Assembly (NCBI GenBank): GCA_044221735.1
Contig: JBGAOP010000005.1
Location: forward strand, 43,608 to 107,607
Source of the DNA: Phycisphaerales bacterium
GTDB taxonomy: Bacteria; Planctomycetota; Phycisphaerae; Phycisphaerales; UBA1924
DNA: 64,000 bases
Direction of reading: 5' to 3'
Part shown: positions 26,087 through 34,693 of the stretch, in pieces
Layout of the letters: the number at the start of each line of letters is the position of its first letter
Position numbering within the stretch: the stretch's first letter is position 1
The notes under the pieces: model-generated
The model's database searches: none
What the model saw: the letters and a program-made list of their open reading frames with translations, nothing else
What the model was told of the DNA's origin: nothing
Position numbers and translations under genes: made by a program

Positions 26087-27812
26087 ACCGCATGCGGCCG
26101 ATGTCCGGCACGGGCACCGGATCGCCCTCGAACTTCAGGCTGGGCCAGTACACGAAGAACGCCTTGCCGAGGAGAAGCTCGCGCGGAATGACGCCGGCCC
26201 GCGGGTGGGGCGAGTCATTTCCGCCGGGAGGCGGGTACAGCTCGTTCACCCACGGATCGACGCCGTCCCACAGGCGGCCGTCGAGGCTCGCCGGAGAGTT
26301 GTCGCCGCACGCGAAGAACTGGTCGGGCCCGAGATAGAGCGGCGCGTACGGGCTGGTGCCAAGGCCGGAGAGTCCGCCGTGGCCCGGGCCCTTGCTCGTG
26401 GGCTGGTAATGCAGGTCGCGATCGAGCCCGACGCGGGTGATCGTGAACGGACCGCCGTCGAACTCGAAGCGGACGGAGCAGGCCGTGTACAGGCCCGGCT
26501 CGGCGAGCGTGTTGCGGCCCTGCGGGTCGCGGGCCTGATCCTGCATCAACTGCACAAGCGGCTTGCCGGTGGCGTAGCGGAGGCGCTCGGCGGGGGTCCA
26601 GTTGTAGTCGTACTCGGCGATGCGCGCGCCGTTGAGCCAGATCTGCACGCTTTGGTCCACGTGCCAGAACTCGAGATTGCTGAATGCGCCCCCGGGCAGC
26701 GCGGGGGCGGGCTGGGTGACGACGGTCTCCCACTCGCCCTTGATCCCGGCGGCGGCATTCGGGCGGCGGACGGCGATCGTTGCCGTGCCCTTGCCGATGG
26801 TCGCCTTGAACTCGTGGCCGCGCGCCGAGAGGTTCATCCCGATGCTCTGGCTATCGGTGGCGGGCTTGAATCCGCAGCGAAGGCGCACGTCGGAGACCGG
26901 GAACCGGCCGATCATGCGGCCCTCGTAGTACGGCTCGTCGTATGGGTAGTAGTCGTCGATGTCCCATCGAAGGGCCCGCTCGCCGTGGATTGCGCGGGAC
27001 GATCGTCGGCGTGTCTGGTCGAACACCAATCCGGTCTGGCCCGCGCCGTCGAAGGCGTACTCGCGCGTGGTCATGGACCAGCCCTTGGTGTCGCTGGGGT
27101 TCCAGGGCGTGATCGCATCCGTCGGCGGGAAGGGGGCGAGCGCGGTGTCGTACACCATCTGCCAAACGGCCCGCTGAACCGCCGGATCCTTGCGGGCGAT
27201 GGTCCACCCCTTGGCGTCCCAGAGCGCGGCCCGCGACTGCGCATCGTCGCCCGTGGGCACCTGGCCCTCGGTTCCTGTGCGCACGAACACGTCGCCGTCG
27301 GCGAGGGCGATCTGCTCGCCGGGAAGGCCGATGAGGCGTTTGATGTAGTTGTCCAGCGGGTTGTGCGGGTTCTTGAAGACGATGACGTCGAAGCGGTTCG
27401 GATCGCGAAGTCCGTAGAGATACTTCAGCACAAGAATGCGATCGCCGGAGTAGCAGCGAAGGCCGGCCGCCGGGATCTGCACCGGGTCGCCGCTGATGGG
27501 ATCCTGGATGCCGGATCTGGAGAACGTCTGGTACGAAAGGTAACTGGTGTTGTCGCCCGGGACCGAGTCGCGGGCGCCCACGGGCCACGAAGCGCCGGTT
27601 GTTGGGCCGCGAAGCCGAACGTGTGCACCCATGAGCGTCGGTCCCATCGACCCCGTCGGGATCACGAACGCCTCGATGACAAACCCCCGGAACACGAACG
27701 CCATGGTGAAGGCGATCATGATCGAGATGAGGGTGTCCTTGATGGTCTCGGGGGGCGGGCCGGCCGCGGCGGAGGGGGCCGGAGAAGTCTTGGAGGGAGC
27801 GTCGGTGGCCAT
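26076..27812 (-). CDS. lepB: signal peptidase I (unusually long, 578 aa)
   Basis: TM anchor. Box B 'IPTGSMGPTL', 'GDRILVLKY', box D 'YIKRLIGLPGEQIAL', box E 'GDNSPASLDGRLW'. A ~300-aa insertion lies between boxes D and E. Confidence 0.88.
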   Translation of the reverse strand: MATDAPSKTSPAPSAAAGPPPETIKDTLISIMIAFTMAFVFRGFVIEAFVIPTGSMGPTLMGAHVRLRGPTTGASWPVGARDSVPGDNTSYLSYQTFSRSGIQDPISGDPVQIPAAGLRCYSGDRILVLKYLYGLRDPNRFDVIVFKNPHNPLDNYIKRLIGLPGEQIALADGDVFVRTGTEGQVPTGDDAQSRAALWDAKGWTIARKDPAVQRAVWQMVYDTALAPFPPTDAITPWNPSDTKGWSMTTREYAFDGAGQTGLVFDQTRRRSSRAIHGERALRWDIDDYYPYDEPYYEGRMIGRFPVSDVRLRCGFKPATDSQSIGMNLSARGHEFKATIGKGTATIAVRRPNAAAGIKGEWETVVTQPAPALPGGAFSNLEFWHVDQSVQIWLNGARIAEYDYNWTPAERLRYATGKPLVQLMQDQARDPQGRNTLAEPGLYTACSVRFEFDGGPFTITRVGLDRDLHYQPTSKGPGHGGLSGLGTSPYAPLYLGPDQFFACGDNSPASLDGRLWDGVDPWVNELYPPPGGNDSPHPRAGVIPRELLLGKAFFVYWPSLKFEGDPVPVPDIGRMRFIW

Positions 27813-27998
27813 GCGAAGGATCGAGTGCGAACAGATCGGCTCAAAGTGGAGTCCGATCCCGGCGGCGAGTCGAGTGTAGTCTGTGCTCTCAGGCCGACAT
27901 GGTGGACCAGGACTCCAACCCCATCACCCCCCCAACCCCCCCCCATCCCTCCTCCCGCGTCGCCGGGCGATGCCGAGGATCGGGCGGATCGCGCGCTG

Positions 27999-28589
27999 GT
28001 GAAAAAGATCCGCGCCGAGGGGGCGGATCGAGCCGCATGGGGCGAACTGGTGCAGCGATACCAGGACCGGCTCTTCGGCGTCTGTCTGCGAATGGTCGGT
28101 GATCGCGACACGGCGGCGGATTTGACCCAGGACGCGTTCGTCAAGGTGATTCAGGGCTTGGACTCCTGGGACGGCCGAAGCCGCCTGAGCACGTGGATGA
28201 TCCGGGTGACGATGAACGTCTGCCTGTCGCACCTGCGGGCGGCCAAGGTGCGGCGACACCGGAGCTTGGATGCCCCAATCAAACCCCCTGTTATGGGCAG
28301 TGATTCGGCAGATAGTCCGATAACCACACTTGGCGGACAGGCCGCGGCACGGGAACCGGGGACCGAGTCGAGCGTCCAACAGCATGAACAGCAGCGGCGT
28401 CTTCTCGCCGCGCTGGCGGATTTGGACCCTGAGCAGCGGGCGATCATCGTGCTCCGCGACGTGCAAGGGCTGGACTACGACCAGATCGCCGCGGCCCTCG
28501 GAGTGGCCGTGGGCACCGTCAAGAGCCGCTTGTTCCGGGCCCGCCTGGCCCTTCGGCAGTTGATCGAAACCCCTCCGTCGAACGAATGA
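27999..28589 (+). CDS. ECF (sigma-70 family, group 4) RNA polymerase sigma factor; start codon uncertain
   Basis: Region 2 'WGELVQRYQDRLFGVCLRMVGDRDTAADLTQDAFVKV'. Region 4 'QRAIIVLRDVQGLDYDQIAAALGVAVGTVKSRLFRAR'. No in-frame ATG is available: GTG at 27999 is used, GTG at 27846 is the alternative. The rest of ORF 25947.. is antisense to lepB. Confidence 0.8.
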   Translation: MKKIRAEGADRAAWGELVQRYQDRLFGVCLRMVGDRDTAADLTQDAFVKVIQGLDSWDGRSRLSTWMIRVTMNVCLSHLRAAKVRRHRSLDAPIKPPVMGSDSADSPITTLGGQAAAREPGTESSVQQHEQQRRLLAALADLDPEQRAIIVLRDVQGLDYDQIAAALGVAVGTVKSRLFRARLALRQLIETPPSNE

Positions 28590-29728
28590 CCTCCACGCCC
28601 TTCCAACTCCCCGCCGGCATCCGCGAGGACGATCTGATCGACCTCGTCGATGGGCGGCTTTCGCGCGAGCGGGAAGGCGTGGTGCTTGCCGCGCTGCGGG
28701 ATGAGCCGGCCTTGGCCAATCTCGTGAAGGGCATGCGGGTGGACGCGCAGACGGCCTCACGCCTCGACGCGGTGCGTGCGCCGGCGGACCTGGCGGACGG
28801 GATCCAAGCCCGTCTGGAAGAGGCCGCGCTTCGCGACCTCGCCACAGACTCGCTGCAGCGGACGGACGCGATCCCGATCTCGAGCGTCGAAGTTCGCGGG
28901 CCGGGAATTGTGGAACTGCTCACCGAGAGCCTGTGGCCGCGCCGCCTGGCGATGGCCGCGTCGGTGGCGATCGTCGCGGGGCTTGGGGTGTGGGGCGTGC
29001 GGACGGTGATGAACTCGGCGCCGAAGCCTGCGCCCAAGGACATCGCCACCACGACGACGACCCAGCCGACGATCGAGGAGACGCACCCGGCGATCGTGCC
29101 GGCGCCCGCCCCGGTCGACATCGCGGCCATCGATCCCACCACGGTCATCGACCTTGGCCCGGTCGCGGCGGTCACTCCCGCGCCCGTGGCGGTGGCTATG
29201 ACCGAGACTCGCGCGGCCGAACTTGCCAGCGTGGGACGCCTGACAGTCACGATCCACGCGCCCATCGCGCAGGCCGCGACGAAGAAGCTCGATGCCCTCG
29301 CCAAGGCGGGCGGACGCGAGGGGTGGCGAGCTCTGCCGATGGACAATGTGCCCGCCGAGTTTGCGATGCTGCTCACACCGTCGGCCGTCGCGCCAGCCCC
29401 GAGCGTGCTGACGCCGAGCCCGATCACGGTCGCTTCCGATCGGCCGGGTGCAAGTCTTCCCCCCAGCGTGGCGCTGCCGCGCCCGCGGCCGGTGGTGAAG
29501 GCGATCTACACGGTGGACATGAACCCGGGCGAGAAGGGCCTGGACGCACTGGTGCGGGCGATCACCGATTCGATTCCCGAAGGCGCGATCATCGAGCTGC
29601 GCGAGACGCCCCGTCGGATCGAGGCGCCACCGGCGTTGGATGCGGACAGCGTGCTGTGGTGGAACGGCACTCCAGGAAAATGGGCAAAGCGAATCACCGT
29701 GCCCATCGTGGTCGAGGGTGTTGAGTAA
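28586..29728 (+). CDS. putative anti-sigma factor (single-pass membrane protein)
   Basis: ATGA overlap with the sigma factor stop. N-terminal cytoplasmic segment, TM helix 'LAMAASVAIVAGLGVWGV', and a Pro/Ala/Thr-rich extracytoplasmic part. Confidence 0.65.
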   Translation: MTSTPFQLPAGIREDDLIDLVDGRLSREREGVVLAALRDEPALANLVKGMRVDAQTASRLDAVRAPADLADGIQARLEEAALRDLATDSLQRTDAIPISSVEVRGPGIVELLTESLWPRRLAMAASVAIVAGLGVWGVRTVMNSAPKPAPKDIATTTTTQPTIEETHPAIVPAPAPVDIAAIDPTTVIDLGPVAAVTPAPVAVAMTETRAAELASVGRLTVTIHAPIAQAATKKLDALAKAGGREGWRALPMDNVPAEFAMLLTPSAVAPAPSVLTPSPITVASDRPGASLPPSVALPRPRPVVKAIYTVDMNPGEKGLDALVRAITDSIPEGAIIELRETPRRIEAPPALDADSVLWWNGTPGKWAKRITVPIVVEGVE

Positions 29729-29743
29729 CGGGCGGGCGGGTGT

Positions 29744-32353
29744 TCAACGCATCGAGCCAGATCGGATCGAGCCTTCGGGTGCGATCTCGACCCACGCCGC
29801 GCCGCTGTAGGGCGTGCGGTACCACGCGCGGCCGTCCATGTGCGGGAACCAGCGCGTGTCGGCGGCGCGCCGGGGACCGGTGCTCTGCAGAACGATCGAC
29901 GGGTTGACGAGATGGACAAGTTCCACGGCGGGGTCGATGTACGCGCCGTGGTGGGGCAGTTCGAGCACGTCGGCGCGCCAGCGGGCAGCCTCTGGCACAT
30001 CTGCTGCCGCAGGCAGCAGATGTGCCAGAGCCTCTCGGGACGCATCGCCGGTGACGAGCACTCGACGGACAGCCCCTCCGGCGTTTACGCCGATCATCAC
30101 GACCAGCGACGAATCGTTGGGATTGCGAAACTCCTGCTCGGCCGGCGGCCAGCGCACCTCTGCGTCGTGGCCGGCGATACGGAGATGATCGCCGCGGGCG
30201 AGCGTTTCGACTCGCACGCCGCGTCGGGCGAGCGCGGCCAGGAGGATTCCCGCCGGGCCAGCCGGATCGGCCGCGGCGGCGCGAGCAAGCTGGGGCGGGA
30301 CGATCACCCGCTCGATGCCGAGGGGCTCGACCATGTCCGGCAAGGCGGAGAAGTGATCGATGTGCGCGTGGGTGACGACGACCGTCGGCACGCTCCATGC
30401 TCCGAGTGCGCGGATGGCCCTCGGAAGCGTGCGCTCGCCAAGCGTGGTGTTGAGCGAGCCGCAGTCCCAGAGCATCGCCTCGCCTCCGGAGCGGATGAGG
30501 TAGCAGGAACCGTCGCTCACGGCCAGCGTGTCGATGCGCAGCGGCGCACGCGCGGCGAGGCGCGGGCCGACAAACACCTCCACGCCAAGCCATGCCGCGA
30601 GGACGCAGACGATGGCCCACGACCAGCGGTCCTTTCGGGAGCCGCGCATGACGAGATACACAACCCCCGCGACGCCCGCGAGGGCCCACCACGGCGTGAT
30701 GCGCGGTAGCGACATCGATGCGCCGGGGATGTGATCGAGTGTCATGACCACTTCGACCAGCAGGGTGGCGAGCCGATCGAGTACCCCGCCGGTGAGCGCG
30801 GCCGCCGAGGGAGCAACCACGCCGATGAGCAGCGCGAGGTAGCCGCCCCAGAGCACAATCACCGTGAGCGGCAGCACGATGAGTGTCATGATCGGCGCCA
30901 GCAGGCCGACCTGACCGGTATGGCACGCGATGACCGGGATCGATACCGCCCACGCGAGCAGGCCCGCACTGATCTGGGCCTTGAATGCGCCCACGAACCA
31001 GCGGTGGGTGGGCGGGATCCACGCCCACCACGCGGGGCGGCCGTGGGGCTGGTGCGTCGGCGCAAGGCCTCGCAGGGGAACGCCCCAGAGGCGGTAGTGA
31101 ACGGTGTCTCCCAAGAGCAGCAGAGCCGCCACAATGCCGAAGCTGAGCTGGAATCCGAGCGACCACGCGTCGAGCGGGCGGATGATGAGCAGGATCAGGG
31201 CGATCCACCCGAGGATCGTCGCGCGGTCGTAACGGCGGCCAAGGGCGTCGGTGGCGAGCAAGACGAGCACAAGGATGCCGGCGCGCAGGATCGGGGCTTG
31301 CGCCGGAAGCACGAGCATGTAGAGCCCGATGAGCACAGCGACGCCGACGGGCTCGAGCCATCCGCGGTCGCCCGTGAGGCGCAGGCCGAACATGGCCGCG
31401 CCGGCCATGACGGCGAGGTTGAATCCGGAGATGGCGACAAGATGGAGCACGCCCAGTCGCGTGAACGCGGCGTTGACCTCGTCGAGCGGGCCGTCGCGCT
31501 GGCCCAGCAAGAGCGCACCGAGAAGGGCGCGGGACTGCCGCGTTCGGGCATCGGCGGCCGGGCCCCCTTCGATCGCGGCCTCGCATCGGGCGTGCAGACG
31601 GCCGATCGCACCATGCCACCACGACGAGGCGTGCTCGCCCAGCCACTCCGGCAAGCAGAACTCGATCTGCGCGGGATCGGGAACGGTGAGTGTGCCGACG
31701 AGGTTGTCCTGCGCGGCCTGCTCGAGAGCATTGGGCTCGCCCGGATTGGCGGGTGGGCGAATGGCGGACAGGCGGCCCGTCAGGCGGACAACGCTGCCGG
31801 CGCGGAGCGCGGGCGGAATGGCGGCTCGCTCGCCGCCGAGGCGAACGCGCACCTCGCCGCTGGCGAGAATGGACGGCTTGGAATCGTCGGGCTCGAAGGC
31901 CGAGAGGGAAAGCGTGAAGCCAACGGCGGGCTCGTTCCGGGCAAAGGGCGCGAACAGACCGGAGGGCGGATCGATCGCACGCGGAGATTCAATCACGACG
32001 CCGCGCACGGTGGTGAGAATTGGGTGCCCGTCGCGCAGCTCGTCATCAAACTGCCACGTGATAGGGGCGGGGGGGCGTTCGAGAATCCGGGCGTGGTACC
32101 AGCCCGCACCGAGGAGCACCACGGCCGCGGCGAGCGCGAGCCGGCAGGCGAGGCCGCTGCTGAGGATGGCGATGACCAGCGCGGCCGGAGCAATCGCCAG
32201 CCACCACGCCGAAGACACGCCGGGCGCGGCAAAGCGGGCCAGCGCGAAGCCCAGCACGAGCAGCCCGCAGGCGTAGAGCGACCGCCGGGCGCGGGGCGGG
32301 CCGGCGCGCAGGCGAAGCGAGTCCTTGCCGATGGACCACGGGACCGTGACCAT
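29744..32353 (-). CDS. comEC: DNA internalization-related competence protein ComEC/Rec2 (with metallo-beta-lactamase domain)
   Basis: Polytopic competence-domain core. C-terminal MBL motif 'VVVTHAHIDHF' and 'ADVLELPHHGA'. Confidence 0.9.
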   Translation of the reverse strand: MVTVPWSIGKDSLRLRAGPPRARRSLYACGLLVLGFALARFAAPGVSSAWWLAIAPAALVIAILSSGLACRLALAAAVVLLGAGWYHARILERPPAPITWQFDDELRDGHPILTTVRGVVIESPRAIDPPSGLFAPFARNEPAVGFTLSLSAFEPDDSKPSILASGEVRVRLGGERAAIPPALRAGSVVRLTGRLSAIRPPANPGEPNALEQAAQDNLVGTLTVPDPAQIEFCLPEWLGEHASSWWHGAIGRLHARCEAAIEGGPAADARTRQSRALLGALLLGQRDGPLDEVNAAFTRLGVLHLVAISGFNLAVMAGAAMFGLRLTGDRGWLEPVGVAVLIGLYMLVLPAQAPILRAGILVLVLLATDALGRRYDRATILGWIALILLIIRPLDAWSLGFQLSFGIVAALLLLGDTVHYRLWGVPLRGLAPTHQPHGRPAWWAWIPPTHRWFVGAFKAQISAGLLAWAVSIPVIACHTGQVGLLAPIMTLIVLPLTVIVLWGGYLALLIGVVAPSAAALTGGVLDRLATLLVEVVMTLDHIPGASMSLPRITPWWALAGVAGVVYLVMRGSRKDRWSWAIVCVLAAWLGVEVFVGPRLAARAPLRIDTLAVSDGSCYLIRSGGEAMLWDCGSLNTTLGERTLPRAIRALGAWSVPTVVVTHAHIDHFSALPDMVEPLGIERVIVPPQLARAAAADPAGPAGILLAALARRGVRVETLARGDHLRIAGHDAEVRWPPAEQEFRNPNDSSLVVMIGVNAGGAVRRVLVTGDASREALAHLLPAAADVPEAARWRADVLELPHHGAYIDPAVELVHLVNPSIVLQSTGPRRAADTRWFPHMDGRAWYRTPYSGAAWVEIAPEGSIRSGSMR
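29990..30030. repeat. perfect 19-bp inverted repeat (41-nt palindrome) inside the comEC coding sequence
   Basis: ctctggcacatctgctgcc-gca-ggcagcagatgtgccagag, read directly. Each arm contains TGGCAC-N5-CTGC. Confidence 0.9.
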
Positions 32354-32420
32354 GGGCGGGCAGATTTGCAGATTTCGGGTGCGGAGTCAAGCCCGCAACG
32401 CGGGCGGAGCCGCGTCGAGA

Positions 32421-33419
32421 TCACTGGCCCGCGGGCACGAGCTGATCGTCGAAGAGCGGGCCGTTGAACTTGTCCTGGTTGGGCGTGTAGGTCACGATGC
32501 CCGACTTGCCGCCGCGGTCGCGATTGCCGACGAACACGCCGTCGGCGCCGGCTGCGTGCAGAATGATCGGGCCGCGGGCCGTTGCGGGGCGGTAGTTCGG
32601 GGCGGAGAACGCATCGTCGGGCGCGGCGGGATTGCCGAGCAGGGCGTAGAGCGTCTGGAGGCGATTCACGGGATTGACGTCGTTGGCGATGAGGCTGCCG
32701 CCGCTCGCGAAGTTCTGGTTCTCGGCGAGCTTGCCGAGCGACGTAACGCCCTTGAGGAACGCCGCGTTCTGGGCCCAGTAGAACTTGGCCCCGTTCACGC
32801 CGGCGGCGGTGAAATCCTCTTCGGCGAAGACTCCACCGCTGGGCGTCTCGTCCTGGGCCCACGCGAGGATCGGCTGACCGAAGGCGTCGACGAGCGAGGG
32901 GAGGAGGTTGTTCTGGTTTCCGGCGAAGCGCTGACCCGTGCCCGACATCACGGACATCTTCTTCGCGTCCGGGCGGAAATACCCCTTCACTTGGGCGCCA
33001 TTCTTGTCCTGCTGCGTGCCGCCGAAGGTGACGAGGTCGACCTTGATGGGCGTCGCGCTGGGGCCGATGTCGAGGATCGATGCGCCAGTTGCGTTGGCCG
33101 GGGCCACGCCGCCCATGAGGTCGAGCATGATGTTCGACATGGTGTCGAAGCCGTAGGTGTTCTTGTTGACCGTGGAGCCGAGCTCGCGCGGGCTGAAGTA
33201 GCCCGGGTAACGGCTCTTGTCGTTCTTGTACATGCTGATCGCCCTGCTCAGGTCGGAGAGCGTGGCGAGCGTGTCGCTGTTCTTGGCCGCGCGTCGGGCG
33301 AGATTCATCGCCGGGATGATGATCGCCACAACGATCGCGAGGATCGCCAGCACCGTCAGCAGTTCGACGAGTGAGAAGGCGCGGCGGGCGGACGGGGCGA
33401 GGCGGCTCGTGCGAAGCAT
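32421..33419 (-). CDS. prepilin-type N-terminal cleavage/methylation domain protein (pseudopilin-like)
   Basis: ATG at 33419 with AGGAAT upstream. 'RRAFSLVELLTVLAILAIVVAII' is a classic type IV pilin/T2SS pseudopilin N-terminus. It lies 67 nt upstream of comEC on the same strand. Confidence 0.8.
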   Translation of the reverse strand: MLRTSRLAPSARRAFSLVELLTVLAILAIVVAIIIPAMNLARRAAKNSDTLATLSDLSRAISMYKNDKSRYPGYFSPRELGSTVNKNTYGFDTMSNIMLDLMGGVAPANATGASILDIGPSATPIKVDLVTFGGTQQDKNGAQVKGYFRPDAKKMSVMSGTGQRFAGNQNNLLPSLVDAFGQPILAWAQDETPSGGVFAEEDFTAAGVNGAKFYWAQNAAFLKGVTSLGKLAENQNFASGGSLIANDVNPVNRLQTLYALLGNPAAPDDAFSAPNYRPATARGPIILHAAGADGVFVGNRDRGGKSGIVTYTPNQDKFNGPLFDDQLVPAGQ

Positions 33420-33720
33420 GTTCGGATTCCTCACGTGGCAGTGCGCGACACACATCAGGGGACGCTTCCCTCCCGCCCCGTGTTCCACCTCGAGCGGTCC
33501 GGCGCTCCCCACCTTGCCCCTTTCGGGCCGTGGATCATTGGTCGCATCGTTGCGGACCGGAGGACGGGCCGGGGATTTGCCCCAGACTGTTCGCTCGCGG
33601 GTCGCTGGTTGATCCGCCGAACGTGAAAGCCAGGGCCGACCATGACCCGAACCTGCGTAGACCATCCGCGCGCGGGTCCGGCGACGTACCCCAGAAGGGT
33701 GCCTATGACACCCGCCCCCG

Positions 33721-34212
33721 ATGAAGTCCTTCACCCTCAAAGTCCTGATGGTCTGCACCGGCAACACGTGCCGGAGCCCGATGGCCGAGGCGATCGCCCG
33801 GGGGCTGGCCCTGCGCCAGGAGAAGGAGGCCAAAGGCGTCCCCGCCTCCCCAGCCGGGGTGGCGGTGACGCTTGAGATCACCTCGGCGGGCGTCGGGGCC
33901 GGGTACGGATCGCCGCGGACTCCGGAGGGGCTCAAGGCCGTGAAGCAGCGGGGGTTCGAGCCCGCCAGCGGCACATCGCGTCCGCTCACCCGGGCCATGA
34001 TCGAAGAGGCGGACCTGATCTACGGCATGACCCGCTCGCATGTCGCGGCGGTGCTGGCGCTGGACCCCACGGCCCGAACTAAGACGGCCCTGCTCGACCC
34101 CGACGGCGAGGATGTGCTCGACCCGATCGGGATGCCCCAGAACGCGTACAATGAGGCCGCGGCGCGGATGGAATCGATGATCGCACGTCGCCTGAAGGAG
34201 TGGAGGCCATGA
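33721..34212 (+). CDS. low-molecular-weight protein tyrosine (or arginine) phosphatase
   Basis: 'VLMVCTGNTCRSPMAEAI' CX5R(S) P-loop and 'VLDPIG' Asp loop. Confidence 0.85.
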   Translation: MKSFTLKVLMVCTGNTCRSPMAEAIARGLALRQEKEAKGVPASPAGVAVTLEITSAGVGAGYGSPRTPEGLKAVKQRGFEPASGTSRPLTRAMIEEADLIYGMTRSHVAAVLALDPTARTKTALLDPDGEDVLDPIGMPQNAYNEAAARMESMIARRLKEWRP

Positions 34213-34670
34213 AACTCGCTCTGAGCGCGGACCATCGCGGCGTGGGGGCAACCAAGCAACTGGCGGATCGGCTGCGCTCGCAGGGGCACGAGGTGGTGAT
34301 CCTCGGGAGCATGACCGGCGACACCTGCGACTACCCGGACCCGGCGTACAGCGTGGGGCTCGCGGTGGCAAGCGGCAAGGCCGATCGGGGGATCCTGCTG
34401 TGCGGGTCGGGGATCGGGATGTCGATCGCGGCCAACAAGGTGCGGGGCGTTCGGGCCGCGCTGGTGCACGACGAGCTGACGGCCGAGATGAGCCGCAGCC
34501 ACAACGACGCCAACGTCGTGTGCATGTCGGCGGACCTGCTGGGGCAAAAGCTCATCGAGAAGATCGTGGACATCTGGATGACCACGCCCTTCCAGGGCGG
34601 ACGCCACGAGCGACGCGTAAAGAAGATCCACGCGATCGAGAACGGCGTGGACCCGGCGTCGATGGGCTGA
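34209..34670 (+). CDS. rpiB: ribose-5-phosphate isomerase B
   Basis: 'ILLCGSGIGMSIAANKVRGVRAAL' and 'HNDANVVCM'. ATGA overlap with the preceding gene. Confidence 0.9.
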   Translation: MKLALSADHRGVGATKQLADRLRSQGHEVVILGSMTGDTCDYPDPAYSVGLAVASGKADRGILLCGSGIGMSIAANKVRGVRAALVHDELTAEMSRSHNDANVVCMSADLLGQKLIEKIVDIWMTTPFQGGRHERRVKKIHAIENGVDPASMG

Positions 34671-34693
34671 GTGCCACGGGCAGGACGCCCGTG

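Noticed and set aside
25947-27998. N-terminal ~680 codons of the 880-aa ORF 25947..28589
   Set aside because: This part is antisense to lepB and has no motifs. Only the last ~195 codons form an ECF sigma factor, so the ORF was trimmed.
27899-28102. 67-aa ORF starting at the ATG at 27899, considered as an independent gene
   Set aside because: The translation is Pro/Gly/Arg-rich with no features, and it overlaps the sigma-factor region 2 coding frame. It matters only as a possible frameshifted N-terminus (see finding).
30731-32467. 578-aa + strand ORF across comEC. The same reasoning covers the similar shadows 35985..38225 (-), 19267..21186 (+), 16605..18038 (+), 15511..16599 (+), 42499..43524 (-) and 43739..44617 (-)
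   Set aside because: Each overlaps a gene with strong family signatures on the other strand or frame (ComEC, PQQ/TPR protein, GT/PTP, GH57, NupC, ROK, ArgB). Each has Arg/Gly/Asp/His-rich shadow-ORF composition.
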